A DNA stretch of 63,714 bases from Gnetum montanum (lineage: Eukaryota; Plantae; Gnetophyta), in the NCBI GenBank assembly GCA_015680685.1, contig MNCI01002843.1:92016-155729 (forward strand), read 5' to 3'. Under the pieces are notes generated by a model. That model made no database searches, was not told the origin of the DNA, and worked only from the letters and a program-made list of their open reading frames with translations. A program made the translations under genes and the position numbers. Positions 1 to 13,893 of the stretch are shown one piece after another. The stretch's first letter is position 1. Each line of letters starts with the position of its first letter.

Positions 1-248
1 TAGATTTAGTTAAATATTATTTTCCATTACCATCAGGAGTAGCATAGAATTAGGAACACATCATACGCCTCATCTAGACTAAACCATACGTGACATATGC
101 AAAACTAGTCTAGGTGGGAAGACAGCGAACTACGACCTAAGGCTAACTATCTGGATGCCACAAATAGTCCATCTACGGAGTTTGACCGGATCGCGCGTGC
201 GACGCTCGTTTTGTATGGTTGAGTGTAGGGGCACCTCGCCACTCATCA
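1..248 (+). mobile_element. 3' end of an Athila-like LTR (3' LTR or solo LTR; truncated by the window start)
   Basis: Closely similar to the LTR 3' ends at ~22770-23013 and ~30320-30561. Ends ...ccactcatca and no PBS follows. Confidence 0.85.
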
Positions 249-589
249 AAGATGAAAGAAAATTGAGTTGGTTAAAACTTGAAATATTATCATTAATTTA
301 AATGATATAAACAAGTTAAAAATAAAAGATATTTTGTATGTGCTATATTTACAAAATGATAAACAATAGAAGGGTAATTTTGGAAGGACTAAGTCAAAGC
401 TGATGCATTGACATAGCTTCATTGATGTTGCTTAGTTAACTAAGCCTTTGCTATGTCAAAGCATCTACATTAACACAGTCATAAAAAGGCTTATACACAT
501 GATTCAGCTACTATGTTTAAATACTATTTTGGTCACTAGGATAGCTAAACTCTTGCAGTTTATTTCCTTTGTCTAGTAATAGGTAGTGA

Positions 590-2239
590 GTTCCTATAGC
601 ATGAATTTGAGTTAATGGTATAACATCTTATTTGAGTAACATTATACCTAAACATCTTATTTCATCTTCTTGTTTATCGCACATTCTAACATCTCTTTTT
701 CTTATTGTAGGATCTCAATTGTATTCTTCTATATATTTTCGTTTCTTTAATTCTCCTTCCTCTTTAGCCACCTAGTCTATTAGTCTATGGATTCGATGGG
801 TTGTCATTTCTAATAATCTACCTTGGGGCATATACCCCAAGAGTTTCTCTTGTTTTATTTCATAACCCATCAACAATGTGTCATAGTTACTTCCTTTGAG
901 AAAAACCATGGCCTAGGCACCTATGTAGTAATGAATAATATCTGTCCATTGTCACATCAAGGGATTCATGTGTCCCTTGCTTCCATTCTTGGATTTGTTT
1001 TTTTCAAATTGGACACTCTTGAGTAGGTTTGGTATTTATCATTGAAGAGCTCTAGCATGGTCGTCTATCTTTAGATTGATTCTAGTTCTAAGGACCTGTA
1101 CCAACTCTCTACTGCCTTAATAAGTGTTTTGGGAAACAACATTAATTTCTGCTGATCATTCTCAATATTTTGAAGGGCATAGGCATTGTGGAATGTTTAG
1201 AGGTGGTGCTATGGATGTACATTATATTCACCTTCAAATTTGAGAATATTATTCATGTCCAATCGCTTAATACAATTATCCTTTATGTGCCTCATAGGAA
1301 TACACACTACTTCTCTTATATTTATCATGCTACGAGTGGCCAATAGGGGTTCTTCATAGTCGTCACATTCGTAAGCTCAGTTGTAGTTGTAATCCTTTTG
1401 ATGCCCAAAATGTTTTCTCCCTTCATGCTTGATCTTGTCTCTTCATTGTTCATAATCATCTTCTTCTTCATTAGGATACCTTCTGTATTCATGTATTTCA
1501 TAATCCCTTTGTCCTTCCTTGTCATAGTTTCTAGATCTTCGTTCCCTCTTTTCAGACTCCACAGATGAACATGAGGAGAAAGAGAAAGTTGTTGGAGAAC
1601 GATGTCAGCTAGTTCTCCCTCTATGACTCTATGATTCATTTTCTTTTCATTTTGTAGAAGCTCTAGGCTTTGAGGTTTGCCTATGTTTGGAGTCTTTTGT
1701 ATTCCTTCCAAGGTTCTTTGCAAGAGTTGACTTCAACTTTATGTTAACAAGATCTTCAATATGTATATGGGACTGAGATCCACGAGTTTGATAGAATTTT
1801 TTAGCTTGGAATGAAGCATCTTTTATTTCTTATAGGACAACGATTTGAGGTACTTTCTTTTCCTTATCACGTTCATGCTGTGTCTCCATGATGATATCCC
1901 TTCTTGCCTGAGCCTTTGTTGGCTAGTATGGCCTTGTCATGTCCTTCATGATTTGATATCTTTTGTGTTCATGATTAGGTTGGCCTTTATGAGGACTACT
2001 TGAAACATTAATGGTATCGAACATTTTGGTGGTAGAACTATGTTGCCCTGCAAATCTCTCCATTTGAGTTATTCATCCTAATGAAGAATGAATGTAAAAT
2101 TAGAATAACATGGGTCAATATGAGCATATGAAATTCTTGTCTGCATTGATGCATTGTAGTCATCTTCATCATGTCTTTTGTCCTGACTCCTTTGTATTTC
2201 TTTGGTAGGTGATGAATTTTCCTTAAGTGTAGAAGCCAT
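590..2239 (-). pseudogene. gag: Degenerate Athila-like gag (element C)
   Basis: Minus strand reads LKFEGEYNVHP*HHL*TFHNAYALQNIENDQQKLMLFPKTLIKAVESWYRSL, homologous to the gag at 23159. ATG (MAST) at 2239; many stops. The 590 boundary is approximate. Confidence 0.75.
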
Positions 2240-2368
2240 GTTTTATGTTTGATGCTCTTAGATATGTGTGTATGTATTAAGAAGATTGATTAAAATATGT
2301 AGGATAAGCTTTGGGATTCTTTATACAAAAAATTCTATAAGATCAACTCCTAAGCAAATGTTGACACA

Positions 2369-2386
2369 TCCTTGGCAATGGCACCA
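2369..2386 (-). promoter_or_regulatory. Primer-binding site, tRNA-Asp type
   Basis: Minus strand TGGTGCCATTGCCAAGGA directly after the LTR; a decayed form of TGGCGCCGTTGCCGGGGA. Confidence 0.75.
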
Positions 2387-2387
2387 A

Positions 2388-4215
2388 TGATGAGTGGTAG
2401 GGTATCCTAACACTCCACCATACAAGTCACGAGCATATACACATGAGCAGATCATAATTCGCATATGGACAATGTAAGTATGCTAGAAGTTGATAGTCAA
2501 TTTGTGATTATTGTCTTCCCACTTCGAGTTAGTGAATTGCAATTGTATGATTTAACTCTTAGTGAGGTATATGATATGTTGATGTTATTAGCGTATATTA
2601 CTCCTAAGCGTATTGAAAATGAGAGATGAGAATAAAATTCCAAGTCTAAATGATGATAAAAATATAAAGCTATTCTAGACTATGGTGATGAGCATTTATT
2701 CCTAGCTTACTGTATACATTTTAGGCTTATGTAACCTTTATTGGGTTACCGAGCGTTATGCTACTAGGTGAACTAAGCAATAACACTACTAGGATTACAA
2801 AATGATTACACTTATATGCTCAAAACCAGTTGTACTCATTTTGCCTTACTAGTGAACATGGAAAAATAAAGTGTTTAGAAATGTAAAGAACTAAACTAAA
2901 GTAAGCTTGAAAATTAAAATAAATAAAGAAAATGACTAAGAAAAAAAATAAAGAACTAAGTGTAATGCTGCAATGGTGGTAAAAAATCTCAATGATGAGT
3001 CATGGTTGACTAGACTGTGTTGACACGTTCGTGTAGACACATTCTCATTGATGCGATCTTGTCAACATGTACCCATCAATGTGTTCACGTAGATGTGATC
3101 CTGTCGACGTGTACCCATCGATGCATGGTTTGATGCGTTGATGCATACACAACAACATAGTATCTAGTCTTGCTTACATAAATGCACGTACTACTGCATT
3201 CAAGGCATTTGTTCATTCATAGCTTAGGCAAACTCTTACAGTTGGTTTATTTGAGAGTTACAATATTTTCTAAGTGGCTGCAGTAGGAGTTGAGAAGTCT
3301 ACGGATCTTTATTTAAGCACTAATGTACCTGGACACCTCAGTGTGAATGGTAATAAAGACGAGCTTTTTTGATAAACCTTATAGCACTTGGAACTAGTCT
3401 ACTGTTTACTTAATGCATTTACTATTCATGCAATTTACTCTTATGCATTTAATTAATTAATTGATAGTGTTAATTAATGCACATAAGTACGATTGTCTCA
3501 AGCATACATTAACGCTTGGTAATCCTAGTAGCACTTAATGCTTGGTAACCTAATAACATCGCAACATGTTCAAGATATGTACGGAAGATGGGAACAAATG
3601 CTTATGTTAGGATTAGTTAAAACATTAGTTAATTACTAGATTAATTAGCATTTAATTACTTTATTTTTATACTTAGGTGAATTAAATGAAAAATATAAAA
3701 ATGATACAAATCATATGCCTCAATTACACTTAACCATACCATTGTACATCACAAGTGGAATTGGGAAGACAACGATCACGTCCTTTAGATTCACTACTTA
3801 GATAAAGTGCACTTAGAGAGCTAAAGTCTACGAAATTCAACTGGATCACTTAGTGAATGATGATGCTTCGTATGGTTGGGTGTACGGACTACTCATTACT
3901 AATCACTCGATCTTTATTTTTGTTTATGAACTATGCCCCAGTACAATCCACTCAAATAAAGATGTCGTACAACTATTCAACACCACACACATTGGGCATT
4001 CACTTTGTTGCTAAGTGTAAAACTATGAAAACAAACTGCAAGAGTTTCGCTAAGGGTGGAATGAATGTTGTTCAACTAATCAAACCAACTGTTGGTATTT
4101 ATAAGATTGTACAGTTCTTGATACATCATATCAACGATGGCGTAGGTAGAACTGTGATATTGTAACTACGATATTGTAGATACGATATCATAGTTGACAA
4201 AAAATGGTTTTATCA
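2388..4215 (-). mobile_element. 5' LTR of Athila-like element C, interrupted by a solo LTR
   Basis: TGAT...ATCA ends; reverse complement aligns with LTR 13894-14762; GATATC array and TATA at ~4100-4190. Confidence 0.8.
2993..3905 (+). mobile_element. Solo LTR of a related family, nested in the LTR of element C
   Basis: Ends TGATGAG...TAATCA; TSD ctcaa (2988-2992) / ctcga (3906-3910); the host LTR sequence resumes seamlessly on both sides. Confidence 0.75.
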
Positions 4216-4404
4216 CCTAGAGAGGAGGTTTTTTAGTATTGGTTACAAAGATGAAAACCTAAAAAGACATCCCCAAAACTGGTGGGCCTTTCCTTTTTGT
4301 TGGTTTGGAATTTCATCTCTAGGTTTTTACTTTTGTACTTTGAATTTGATTTTTTATCTTTAATATATTTCTTTTTGAGGTCTAACACCAATATTTTTTT
4401 TGAT

Positions 4405-4945
4405 GATATCTAGCTAGTGTCAAGCATTTGATTTACTTTGAATTTTCATTACTCTAGGTTATGGGTTTGATTTTGTTAGGGAATGTTGAATTATAAAGTT
4501 CTAATTTGGCTATATGTCTTGGGGTAAATATTATTTTAAAAAAAAAAAGTAATGGCCTCGATTTTGGTGGTGAATGCTTAGTTATAAAGTTTTAATTGAA
4601 CTATATATTTTGAGGTATACTTATATTACAATTATTTTAGGATTCTAACACCCTTAAAAAAGTCTTGGGATCCCACACCTAAGACTAGACATTAAAAAGT
4701 CAAACATGCTAATAAAACAATTTATATTATAACCAAGTATACAATGTATCACTTTCCATTAACCATCTTAATTTTATTTAATTAAAAAATGTTTTTAGAG
4801 GTGGGGTGGGGGGTCCCCAAAATAATTGTCATACAGGTACACCCCAAGACATATAATCCAACTAAAACTTTATAACTCAAAATTGTTTACTAGAATTGAA
4901 CCCATGACTTAAAGCTTTCAAATCAAAAATCTTATCACTAGATAA
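4405..4945. repeat. Three copies of a short SINE-like repeat: two direct (~4405-4540, ~4556-4640) and one inverted (~4820-4945)
   Basis: Shared core ttataaagtt..ggctatatgtcttggggt..; degenerate B-box-like gggtt(c/t)(g/a)att. Confidence 0.4.
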
Positions 4946-7780
4946 ATATTTTATTATTTTGTTTAATTAAAAATTATTAAAAGATAATATTAATAGTATA
5001 CCATAATACTTCTTGGTCTGAGCAAACTTTGTACTTATACTAGATCATGGAGATTTTTGGAAGGCGTGCAGGTTAAGCCATGGTAAAGCGAAAAATTGAA
5101 TATACCCAAAATGTTCCTCTCCATGTGCTGTTGCGCGTCGGAAATGTGATTGGCGGCGTCTCTTTCCTTGTCTGCGTACGCACTGCACGATCAATTAATC
5201 GATGAAACTCCAAATTCCGTCCACCCATTTCCGGATCCAACTCGTCTGCTTGCACGCAACCTGTCAAAACTCTTCCTCGTATTAAAAAATCAAGTACATA
5301 ATTTTAAAAAGTTGTAAAAATCAAGGAGGAACGAACATTAATATTTTGTCTATATCCAGTGCATTAGATGCACCGATCAGCGTAACTTCTAAACATAAAC
5401 AACAGGAAACAAAAATAAGTGCAAGGTCTTCGACTTATCGATAATGAAATTTCACACAACTGCCCATAAAAAAAACTTTCTTAAAACAAAAATAAAATGT
5501 AAAAAATATTGGGTTTATTATAACCATCAAATCCGTTGCAGGGCTACCTGTATTTCGGGGTCATAATTCGTGTTCTACTTGAGAGCCAATCCAAGCATTT
5601 AGGAAATGCTGGTTTGAACAGTCGCCCTTGCGGTCTTGTCTGCGACCACATCAAATATATCCGCAAGCGCACAGATAACGTTGGGAAGCTCAAGTTTTCT
5701 CCGAAGAACGGTACCATGGTGATTCATGCAGAGGATCCTGCTGCGATTACAGCAATTTCTCGGAATCCGGAGATCAAAAATGGCGTTGTCCATGATAGGA
5801 CATCAAGAGCGACACCTGTCTGACTGTGAAACATTTCGAACTTATGCAGGTTTGTATCTGCTTCTTTGTCTGCTCGATTTTTGGATTGTTGATTTGGGGA
5901 AGAATAGAGTGCCCTGTTTGGCACTTTGACAAACAGTTAGACCGTTTTGGGCTGAGTTTTTCTGCTGTTTCTGCATCTGCAATGCGTTTTAGGATATTTG
6001 ATCACTGCATTCCTTCATCTTAATGTTTTAACGTAAGTGAGGTGTCTGGTTGTTGACCAGGATCAATACCATCTCCGGAGTTTGTAGCACGATCTTTTGT
6101 TTTATATTGATTAATAAGCCCTTGAGAAAATCATCTCCTAATTCAAAGCATACGGACGGTTGTCTGTGAGTACTGATTCGCAGACGAATCGTAACCGAGT
6201 CGGCTATCTTATTAGTTATGAGGCATCCATCAAACCCTGATAAGAATCTGTTTTTGATGAGGCTCTTGTACGCGGTAGATTCGATAATGTAGATTCCCCT
6301 AATTTCTTGCGCCCTTACTGCTACAGTTTTTTATTGAGAAATTTGATAAACATAATATCTGAAGATAGAACTTCCGTAGAAATGGGGAACTGAGACTCTC
6401 AGGTTTACGTATTTCTTTGTCTTACTGTTTATAAGTGCTGCTTGTGGATTCTAACGTTCTTCGGAACAAGAAAGCCTCCCTCCTTAATAGCCATGCCAGC
6501 TCTTTCATTCGTAATATTCGAAACATCAGAATCCGCCCCATTTTCAATAAAAAACCAGAGCCTTTGGGTGCTAAGCTTCGTGTGAACAAATTTCCTTGAG
6601 AAAAATTTAAAGAGATAGAACAAGATAAAAATATTTTGCCGAATCGATTTTGAATTAGTTAAAGGTTGAACTCACAATTGGTTTTATCTTTTAGTAGTTA
6701 TTTTATTTTGAAAAACTGCTAAATTAAAGCAAATACAAGGAAGTCATTCACTATTATTCCATAGGAAATACATATGTGAATTTGCTTTTTGGTACGTGAT
6801 GTGAAGCCTTAGATCATTCACCTAGGGGAAAACTAGAAAAACCTAGCAAGAAATAGGCTCCTGGATCTTTATCAGCTTAGAGCGAATTACACAAGCACAA
6901 TAGACAAGAGAGAATGAGAAATTAGTTAGCATAAGGGTGAAAGTAAAACACAGTACCTTCATGACCTTGTGACCATCTTTGTAGGTTTCTACTAGCCTTT
7001 TTGCCTTCCACATGCATGCTTGGATTTCTTCATCCTCTATAAACATCCCCAAAACTGCAAAATAGAGCTTCACCCTGTACTTCGAGACATCATTATATTA
7101 CATAGATTGCCTGTATAGGGGAAAATATAATGTACAAAATAGATACATTGGATGCTATATTCTATGTTTTATTGCATTCTTAGGTGTGAAGCTTCATTTG
7201 TATCCTTTTATTTGAAAATAATAAATGATTCTTTCAAAACATTGAGGGTAAAATCCACTTGAGGGTAAAATTATGCAAACAATTCTAGAAATTTCCAAGC
7301 AGATGCTTCACATTCTGTGCAAATCAAGAACAGCCTTCACCATGAATGCCTACTTCATATAACGTGCATTCACTCAACGCTTTGGATTTGAGAGTTCTAT
7401 GTGATCAGATTTTGGCATTGTTTTAGCAAATAGAGTCAAGTTTGCTGCTCTGTTTTCTTTTTTCATTTCTTTACTATGCATTTTTCTGGTGATAAATTAG
7501 ACAAATCTCAAGATCTAAATGTTCAATTTTTTGAATGATTGGATTATGCATGTCATTTGTTCAGGATTCTAGCCAAGAGAACACTAATCTGTCAAGGTAG
7601 AGGCATAGAACAGAGAAACTTAGCCAAAGTTGTCATGCATTCCTGTTCTTAAAGAGCTCTTCCCTGAAAGCCACCCTAACAGTTCCATCCTTGTGTGTTC
7701 TCATTATCCCTATTCTTGTCTTGTAACTAAAACATAAATAATTGATTGTATTAATTTTGGACATGAGTTGTGCAATTGTT

Positions 7781-9689
7781 TGTTGGACAAACTGAGGTTA
7801 AGAAATCAGGAAAAAACATTAGCATTGCAAAGCAGAAAAAATCAACCACACATCTGATGCCATTATGACAAAAATAATAGAATAGAAAGTGACTCCCAAG
7901 CTCGCCTTTGCCAAACCGGGGCAAACAATCGGGTAATGTAGTTCTATTAATGTTTATCATAATAAATACATGTGGTTGCTTGCACAAGCAAGCTATTTCT
8001 AAATTAATCTATACATGTCCCATGGTTTCTCCATCTCTACTACAACTTTTCTAAAATAATTTTGAGATTTGATTTAGACCTAAAACTTTCTTGAATCTTT
8101 GCAAAGTCATTTTAAGATCTTTAATAATTGCTAATATTTAACAATCCACTTTGTATGGATATTCTAGCTTTTTCTAATTAACAATATTGATACTTATATT
8201 TTAATATTTAATAAAACTATCATGTCACATTGTTAATTCCTAACTATCACCCCCTTAATGCCAACATGATAAACAAACTTAGAAATGCACCCCCTTGACC
8301 TAAATTCTTTACTCAACATGTCTATTATTTAATTTCATGCCACATGCAAGATTACAATATATGTGTTGCCATAACTAAACTATTTGTGTGGCTACTAACA
8401 ACTTGCAAAAAACATAACTTATTGTTGCAAATTGTCATGAAAATCTGTCTTTACGATACACACTTAAACTTGCAAAACTATCATAAGAAAATCTCCATCT
8501 TATGACATATGCTTAAACTTGCAAAACTATCATAAGAAAATCTCCATCTTATGACATATGCTTAAACTTCCAGAACTATCATAAGAAAATCTCCATCTTA
8601 TTATACCCATTTATATTTGCAACATAGTTTGTTCTGCAATAAAAAATAATTCATCTTGGCACTTGCAATAAAAATTTTATCTTGCAATAAAAATAATTCT
8701 TCCTGGTAATGAACTTGCAGAAATACTCCATCCTGCAAAGCAATCTTGCTAAAACCACCAGTGATGAAATTCCAAGAAAACTATCTTGCTAAAGCCACCA
8801 GCGATGAATCCACACAAGCAGCAAACAACTTGTCTTGTACACAATCATAAAATAACATGAGAAATTCATCCCATAAGATCAACAATTACCCCACAAGAAT
8901 AATTTTTCTTGTGAAAACAACAACAAATACATGCGAAAACACCATTTGTCATGCTCCATATCTACCCACTAGTATTAGGTTAAATATCACACCATTGCTA
9001 CTAAAATTTGAGCTATTGAAATCTATCATTAGAAAACCAATGGAAATGTGCAAATTTGTGAAAAAATTAATAATATGCACAAACCAGTGGAGCCTCCATA
9101 GTAAAAGAGCCAAAAACCTATGGAAACCTCACACTTTTGCAATCTTGTGGACAAACCATCTTGTTTAACAAGAGCCACATTAACAACACAACATCATATA
9201 TCCATCAAGGGTATTGAACTTTGAACCTTGCTCCAAATACCAATTGTTGGAAAACTTGAGATTAAGAAATCAGGCGAAAACATTAGCACAACAAAGCAGA
9301 AAAAATCAACCACACATCTCATGCCATTATGACAAAAACAATAGAATAGAAAGTGATTTCCAAGCCCTTGCGAAACTATTTTTATTGATCTTCATCACCA
9401 TAAATATATGTGGTTGCTTGCACAACAAGCAAGCTATTTCTAAATCAATATATAAATGTCTCATCATTTCTCCAACTTTGCTACACCTTTTCTAAAGTAA
9501 TCTTGAGATTTAATTTAAACCTTTCAAAAGTTTCTTGGATTTTTCCAAAGTCATTTTAAGATCTTTAATAATTGCCAATATTTAACAAGCCACTTTCTAT
9601 AGATATTCTAGCTTTTTCTAATTAAAAGTATTGGCACTTATATTTTAATATTTAATAAAACTATCATGTGGCATTGTTAATTCCTAACA
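7781..9689 (-). mobile_element. Small non-autonomous LTR retrotransposon (TRIM/LARD-like); LTRs ~7781-8245 and 9245-9689
   Basis: Two ~450-bp direct repeats TGTTGG...CCTAAC(A); Met-type PBS (tggtatttggagc on minus) at ~9230-9242; PPT (ttaagggggtga on minus) at ~8247-8258; no recognisable coding sequence inside; TSD not evident. Confidence 0.75.
8463..8600. repeat. 49-bp tandem repeat, about 2.8 copies
   Basis: Unit cttaaacttgcaaaactatcataagaaaatctccatcttatgacatatg starts at 8463, 8512 and 8561. Confidence 0.9.
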
Positions 9690-11699
9690 CTACTGAGTAT
9701 ATTTTGTCAAGATATTTTGTTTGCATCAAGAGCCCTACTTTCCCAAAGGAGAGTAATCCTAGTACTGTGGCTTACATCATGTTAAGAGATATCATAGCTA
9801 GTTTAGGCTTGCTATAGGATTGCTTTGTTTGGGATCAGCATTGGAAATTTGGGACAGTATTCATGGAAACAAAGATGAATGTTTCCTTGAATTTAAGGAA
9901 ATGTGTTACTTAGCCAAGCTCTATACAATTAAAAAACTTGTGCAAACATGTCATAAATTTGGTAGAAATTCTGACAAAAGACAATATGATGGAAAATCTG
10001 GTAGGGAAAAGTACCAAATGTTCCAAATGAAATGAACTTGGAACAATGTTCATGATGGGCTTCATCAAGATTTGGAGACAACATGATGCAAGTTAATTGC
10101 ACTTCTACTATGGCATGGGCCTTTTGAAATTGCACTCCCACTCTAGCATAGGCCTCATGTTTCTCTTTTACGAGACTCAATCATGTACTTCATCCTTGCC
10201 TATAAATGTAGGCATCTTTTCTTTGTACTCATTGCCTATAAATCTAGGCATTTTCTTTGTCCTCATTGTTGATTGTAATAGAAACTTCTTCTTTTTGGTG
10301 GTCATCGTTGTCCACCAAATAAAAATGATAGGCCACCATTGCAACATTGCTATTTGTCTAAGCATTTTTTAAAATGATTTTTTAACTATTTTAAACTTTT
10401 TGAGATATTTTCAACAGGAAGAAGTGACTGGTGTCACATATAAGGAAAACCAGTGCCTTAATTAGATGACCAGGCATTACTATTGCAACGCCAAAGTGAA
10501 ACTTAGCATCCTACCATATCCTCTACTTTATTGTGATTTGGGAATGGTACTAGTGAATTTTTATGAAATGTCAATCTCCGTGTTAATCAAAGGTAGGATG
10601 ATTCATTACAAAAAATTGCAAGAAACCAATTCAATCAATGAAGAAGAAATTCCTGGTGGCATGAATTTTCTGTTTCAAAGAGTAGCCTTGGATTTGAAAT
10701 CACAAGCAATGAATATGAATTATGAAGAGATTGAGCAAGATAGAGAAATGGATGAGATCTTTTATTCTTAAACAGTAGTTCTAAATTCAACAAATGTAAG
10801 AATGTATGTCAAATGCTTGATTACATCAAAAATCTTTGATCATATGAGGAAGAAGTGTAAGAAATGGTGAAGAGCACCAAGATTGTTAGAAATTAACATG
10901 GTGTGATGAAAGTTGAATACAAAACTTTACCAGGCAAATTAAGTTGGCTGTTTTTGAGATTATGTATTTTCTTTTAATACATGCTTATGTAATTTGTTTT
11001 GGTTTATTCATTTAGGCCATAGATATTTAATATTTGAAAAAAAATTGGGCCTCCATGTTTATTCAAATTTTTAATGCCTTAACTATGATTTTTGGTTAAG
11101 CTTGATCATGTTGGGACCTATTGGCAAAATGAGCATGGAGGCTTTGGGTGATGATCACTTTAACCATGATTTCGGGGGACAACCTACTTGTTGCTTGCTT
11201 AAGGCATAGCTAAACTTTTAGATAATTATTTTAGCAAAGAGTAGTTTCTTGTGGCAACTTATGTCTTGCTTGCTTAAGGCATCAATGAACTTTATTTTAG
11301 CAAAAAGATTTAAGAGGTAAGCCTCATCTATTATGGTTATAGTTTTAAAGTGTTTTTCAAGAATTTTGACTAAGAGGCCAACTACCTGACTTTATCATAG
11401 AAACTAAAATAAGGCTGGTTTAAGAGATGACCTTTTCACATGAATTATTATTTTGGCGGAGTTTTATCGTGGAGGCCAATTACCAATTGGTTGGACTTTG
11501 GCATGGAAAATGCATGATTATTATCATAATGCTGGGCAAAGAGATAACTTTTTAGGAATTATTATGGCTAACTCCTAACATAAAATTTATGGATTAAAAA
11601 TTTTATTATTTCATTAACTTGAAAAGAAAAAGATTTTCTTGACCAAAATAATAATAGATTTCATTTTTTATTTCCTTTGTTAATATATCCATAATAGTG

Positions 11700-12266
11700 G
11701 AACTTACAATCAATCCTTAAATCAAATGATGAACTTAATAAAGATATAAGAAATAAAATTGAGGTAGGATAGTCAAAATGGATATAGGCCAATGGTATTC
11801 TATGTGATATAAGAATACCAATATGACTAAAGGAAAAACTTTACAGGACAATAGTGAAGTATGTTATCTTATGTGATACTCAAATCATAAATCAAGTGTA
11901 GCAAAAATGCAAATGCTTAAATATATGTTAAATGTTACCAAAGAGATAGATTGCGTAATACATACATTAGAGAAAGACTTGGAGTGATTTCTATTTCAGA
12001 TAAGTTACAAGAATGATAGCTTAGATAGTTTGGGTATGTGCAAAAAAGGATTAAAAATGAGCTTATAAAAAAGGCAACTACATCATTGTTCCAAAAAAGC
12101 CACTAAAAGGAAGGCCAAAGTGTATATGGAAGAAAACAATTGAAGATGATTTGAAAAAAATCATAAATAAATAAAAATATAGATATTCATGGAGGCAAAT
12201 GATGAAAAAGAACTTATGTAGTTGATCCTATCTTGTTGGGACTAGGCTAGGATGATGATAATGATA
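11700..12266 (+). mobile_element. 5'-truncated RTE-clade LINE fragment
   Basis: Decayed motifs GILCDIRIPI*LKEKLYRT, RDRLRNTYIRERLGV, DKLQE**LR*FGYVQKR and GRPKCIWKKTIEDDL, typical of the RTE RT C-terminus; ends in a (gat)n tail. Confidence 0.75.
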
Positions 12267-13893
12267 TTATAAATATATTACTAAACTAGTCATTTTTAAA
12301 TCTCAAGTAAGTTTTCATAGCTATGTAGGCACCCTTCTCAACATTTCAAATACTTTTTATTGCCTCTCATAAGTAAATCGCTTCTCCTTATTGCATGTAA
12401 GCTATTTGTGGGCTCTTTTCTTTTTCTAGTTAAATCTCTATGGCATTGCTAAACCATTGTTATCTTTAACCTTGTTTTCATTTCTACATGATGAGTAACT
12501 TCAATCAAAAGTTTGCTTAAATTATTATTATAATATGAAAAATCATATCTTTTTTCCACTTCTATAAAAAAACTAATCCTTTATTCTTTGTGTCCTAGCG
12601 ATATTAGAGCCTAAAACTATTTAACTATATGTACCTCCAAGACAAATAGCCAACATGATACTTTCATAGAGTTTAAGCATATGCTTTGGAACAAAACTTG
12701 ATCAATGTTAATAAAAGTTATCAACAAAACATCAATTTTGGAATATCTCTTGAAACTATTCTATTTAAAACTACCAAATCTAAAATTTTTCCTCAATTTA
12801 GTTGTTTTCCTTCATAATCATACATACTATCATTAAACACCTTGTTATATTTTGCATTAATATCATAAGATAACATCCATGTGTAAAATCTTAGTTTTTC
12901 TTAAATGAATTTGAACATTAAAACCTTTCCATATAAAATTCCTTTCTATTGCTACATATTTTGCTCATTTTCTTTTTTAGATTGAAGATGACACTCTTTT
13001 GACAAATCTTCTTTATTATATAAGGCAAATTCATGAGGGATAAAATAGTAAAAGACAATATTCAAGGTTGCTCCTATTGGAAGATCGGATGCAAGGAAAG
13101 TATTCAAGACATCTTTCAATTTTAGAAAAAAACCTTATGACGGTAATTTGATATTTTTTAAAAAATTAGATGAATTATGATGTAAAATAGATGTAGAAGA
13201 TCAAGAGATATTTATAAATTTTTTTAAAAAAATAATAATTAATGGGAAAATGTAAATTATTTTTGTCTAAAATACCCTTTGAAATTTTAAAATTTGAAAT
13301 GAAGGGACAAGGCAAACTTGACCCCAAAAGATGTATTATACCCTCAATCCATTTCTAAAAGTTGGAGACCATTCATATAAGATGAGGAACAATGATGAAA
13401 TTAATATAATGAAATTTTTGAAGATGAAATAAGTTATTATTGATGATTAATGATATTAAAAAATATATTTTTTAAAACAATTCATTACTCTCTCATTTCC
13501 ATCACCTCACCATTCTCTCCATTACTCTTAACACTCTTTCTCTTATCATTCACACTCATTACACATACTCTTTCTCATCATTATCTCAATATTTCCATCA
13601 ACATTCATGAACAATCATAGATGATCAATAAAGTTAAATTGAAGATCAAATTTGACTTACATTCATTCAATTGAAGAATTCTAATAAGTCAATCAATTTT
13701 AAGAAGCCATATTCAATTTATATTTAACTACAAATAGATCATAGAACAAGTTTTCCAAGGAGCCTAAGAATAACCCAAAATTCATCACAGAGAGATTGTA
13801 GTTTCGAAATAAGAAAAAATTCATTTTTTAACAATAGGATCACTCCATTAAATGGGAGTTCCCCTTTGTTCTGCATCAATCTCAATTGGATGG

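Noticed and set aside
6429-6623. Ankyrin-like FIENGAD in a short minus-strand ORF
   Set aside because: A single short motif with no supporting repeat or context.
8463-8600. CRISPR-like array
   Set aside because: Head-to-tail repeats with no unique spacers, no cas genes, eukaryotic context.
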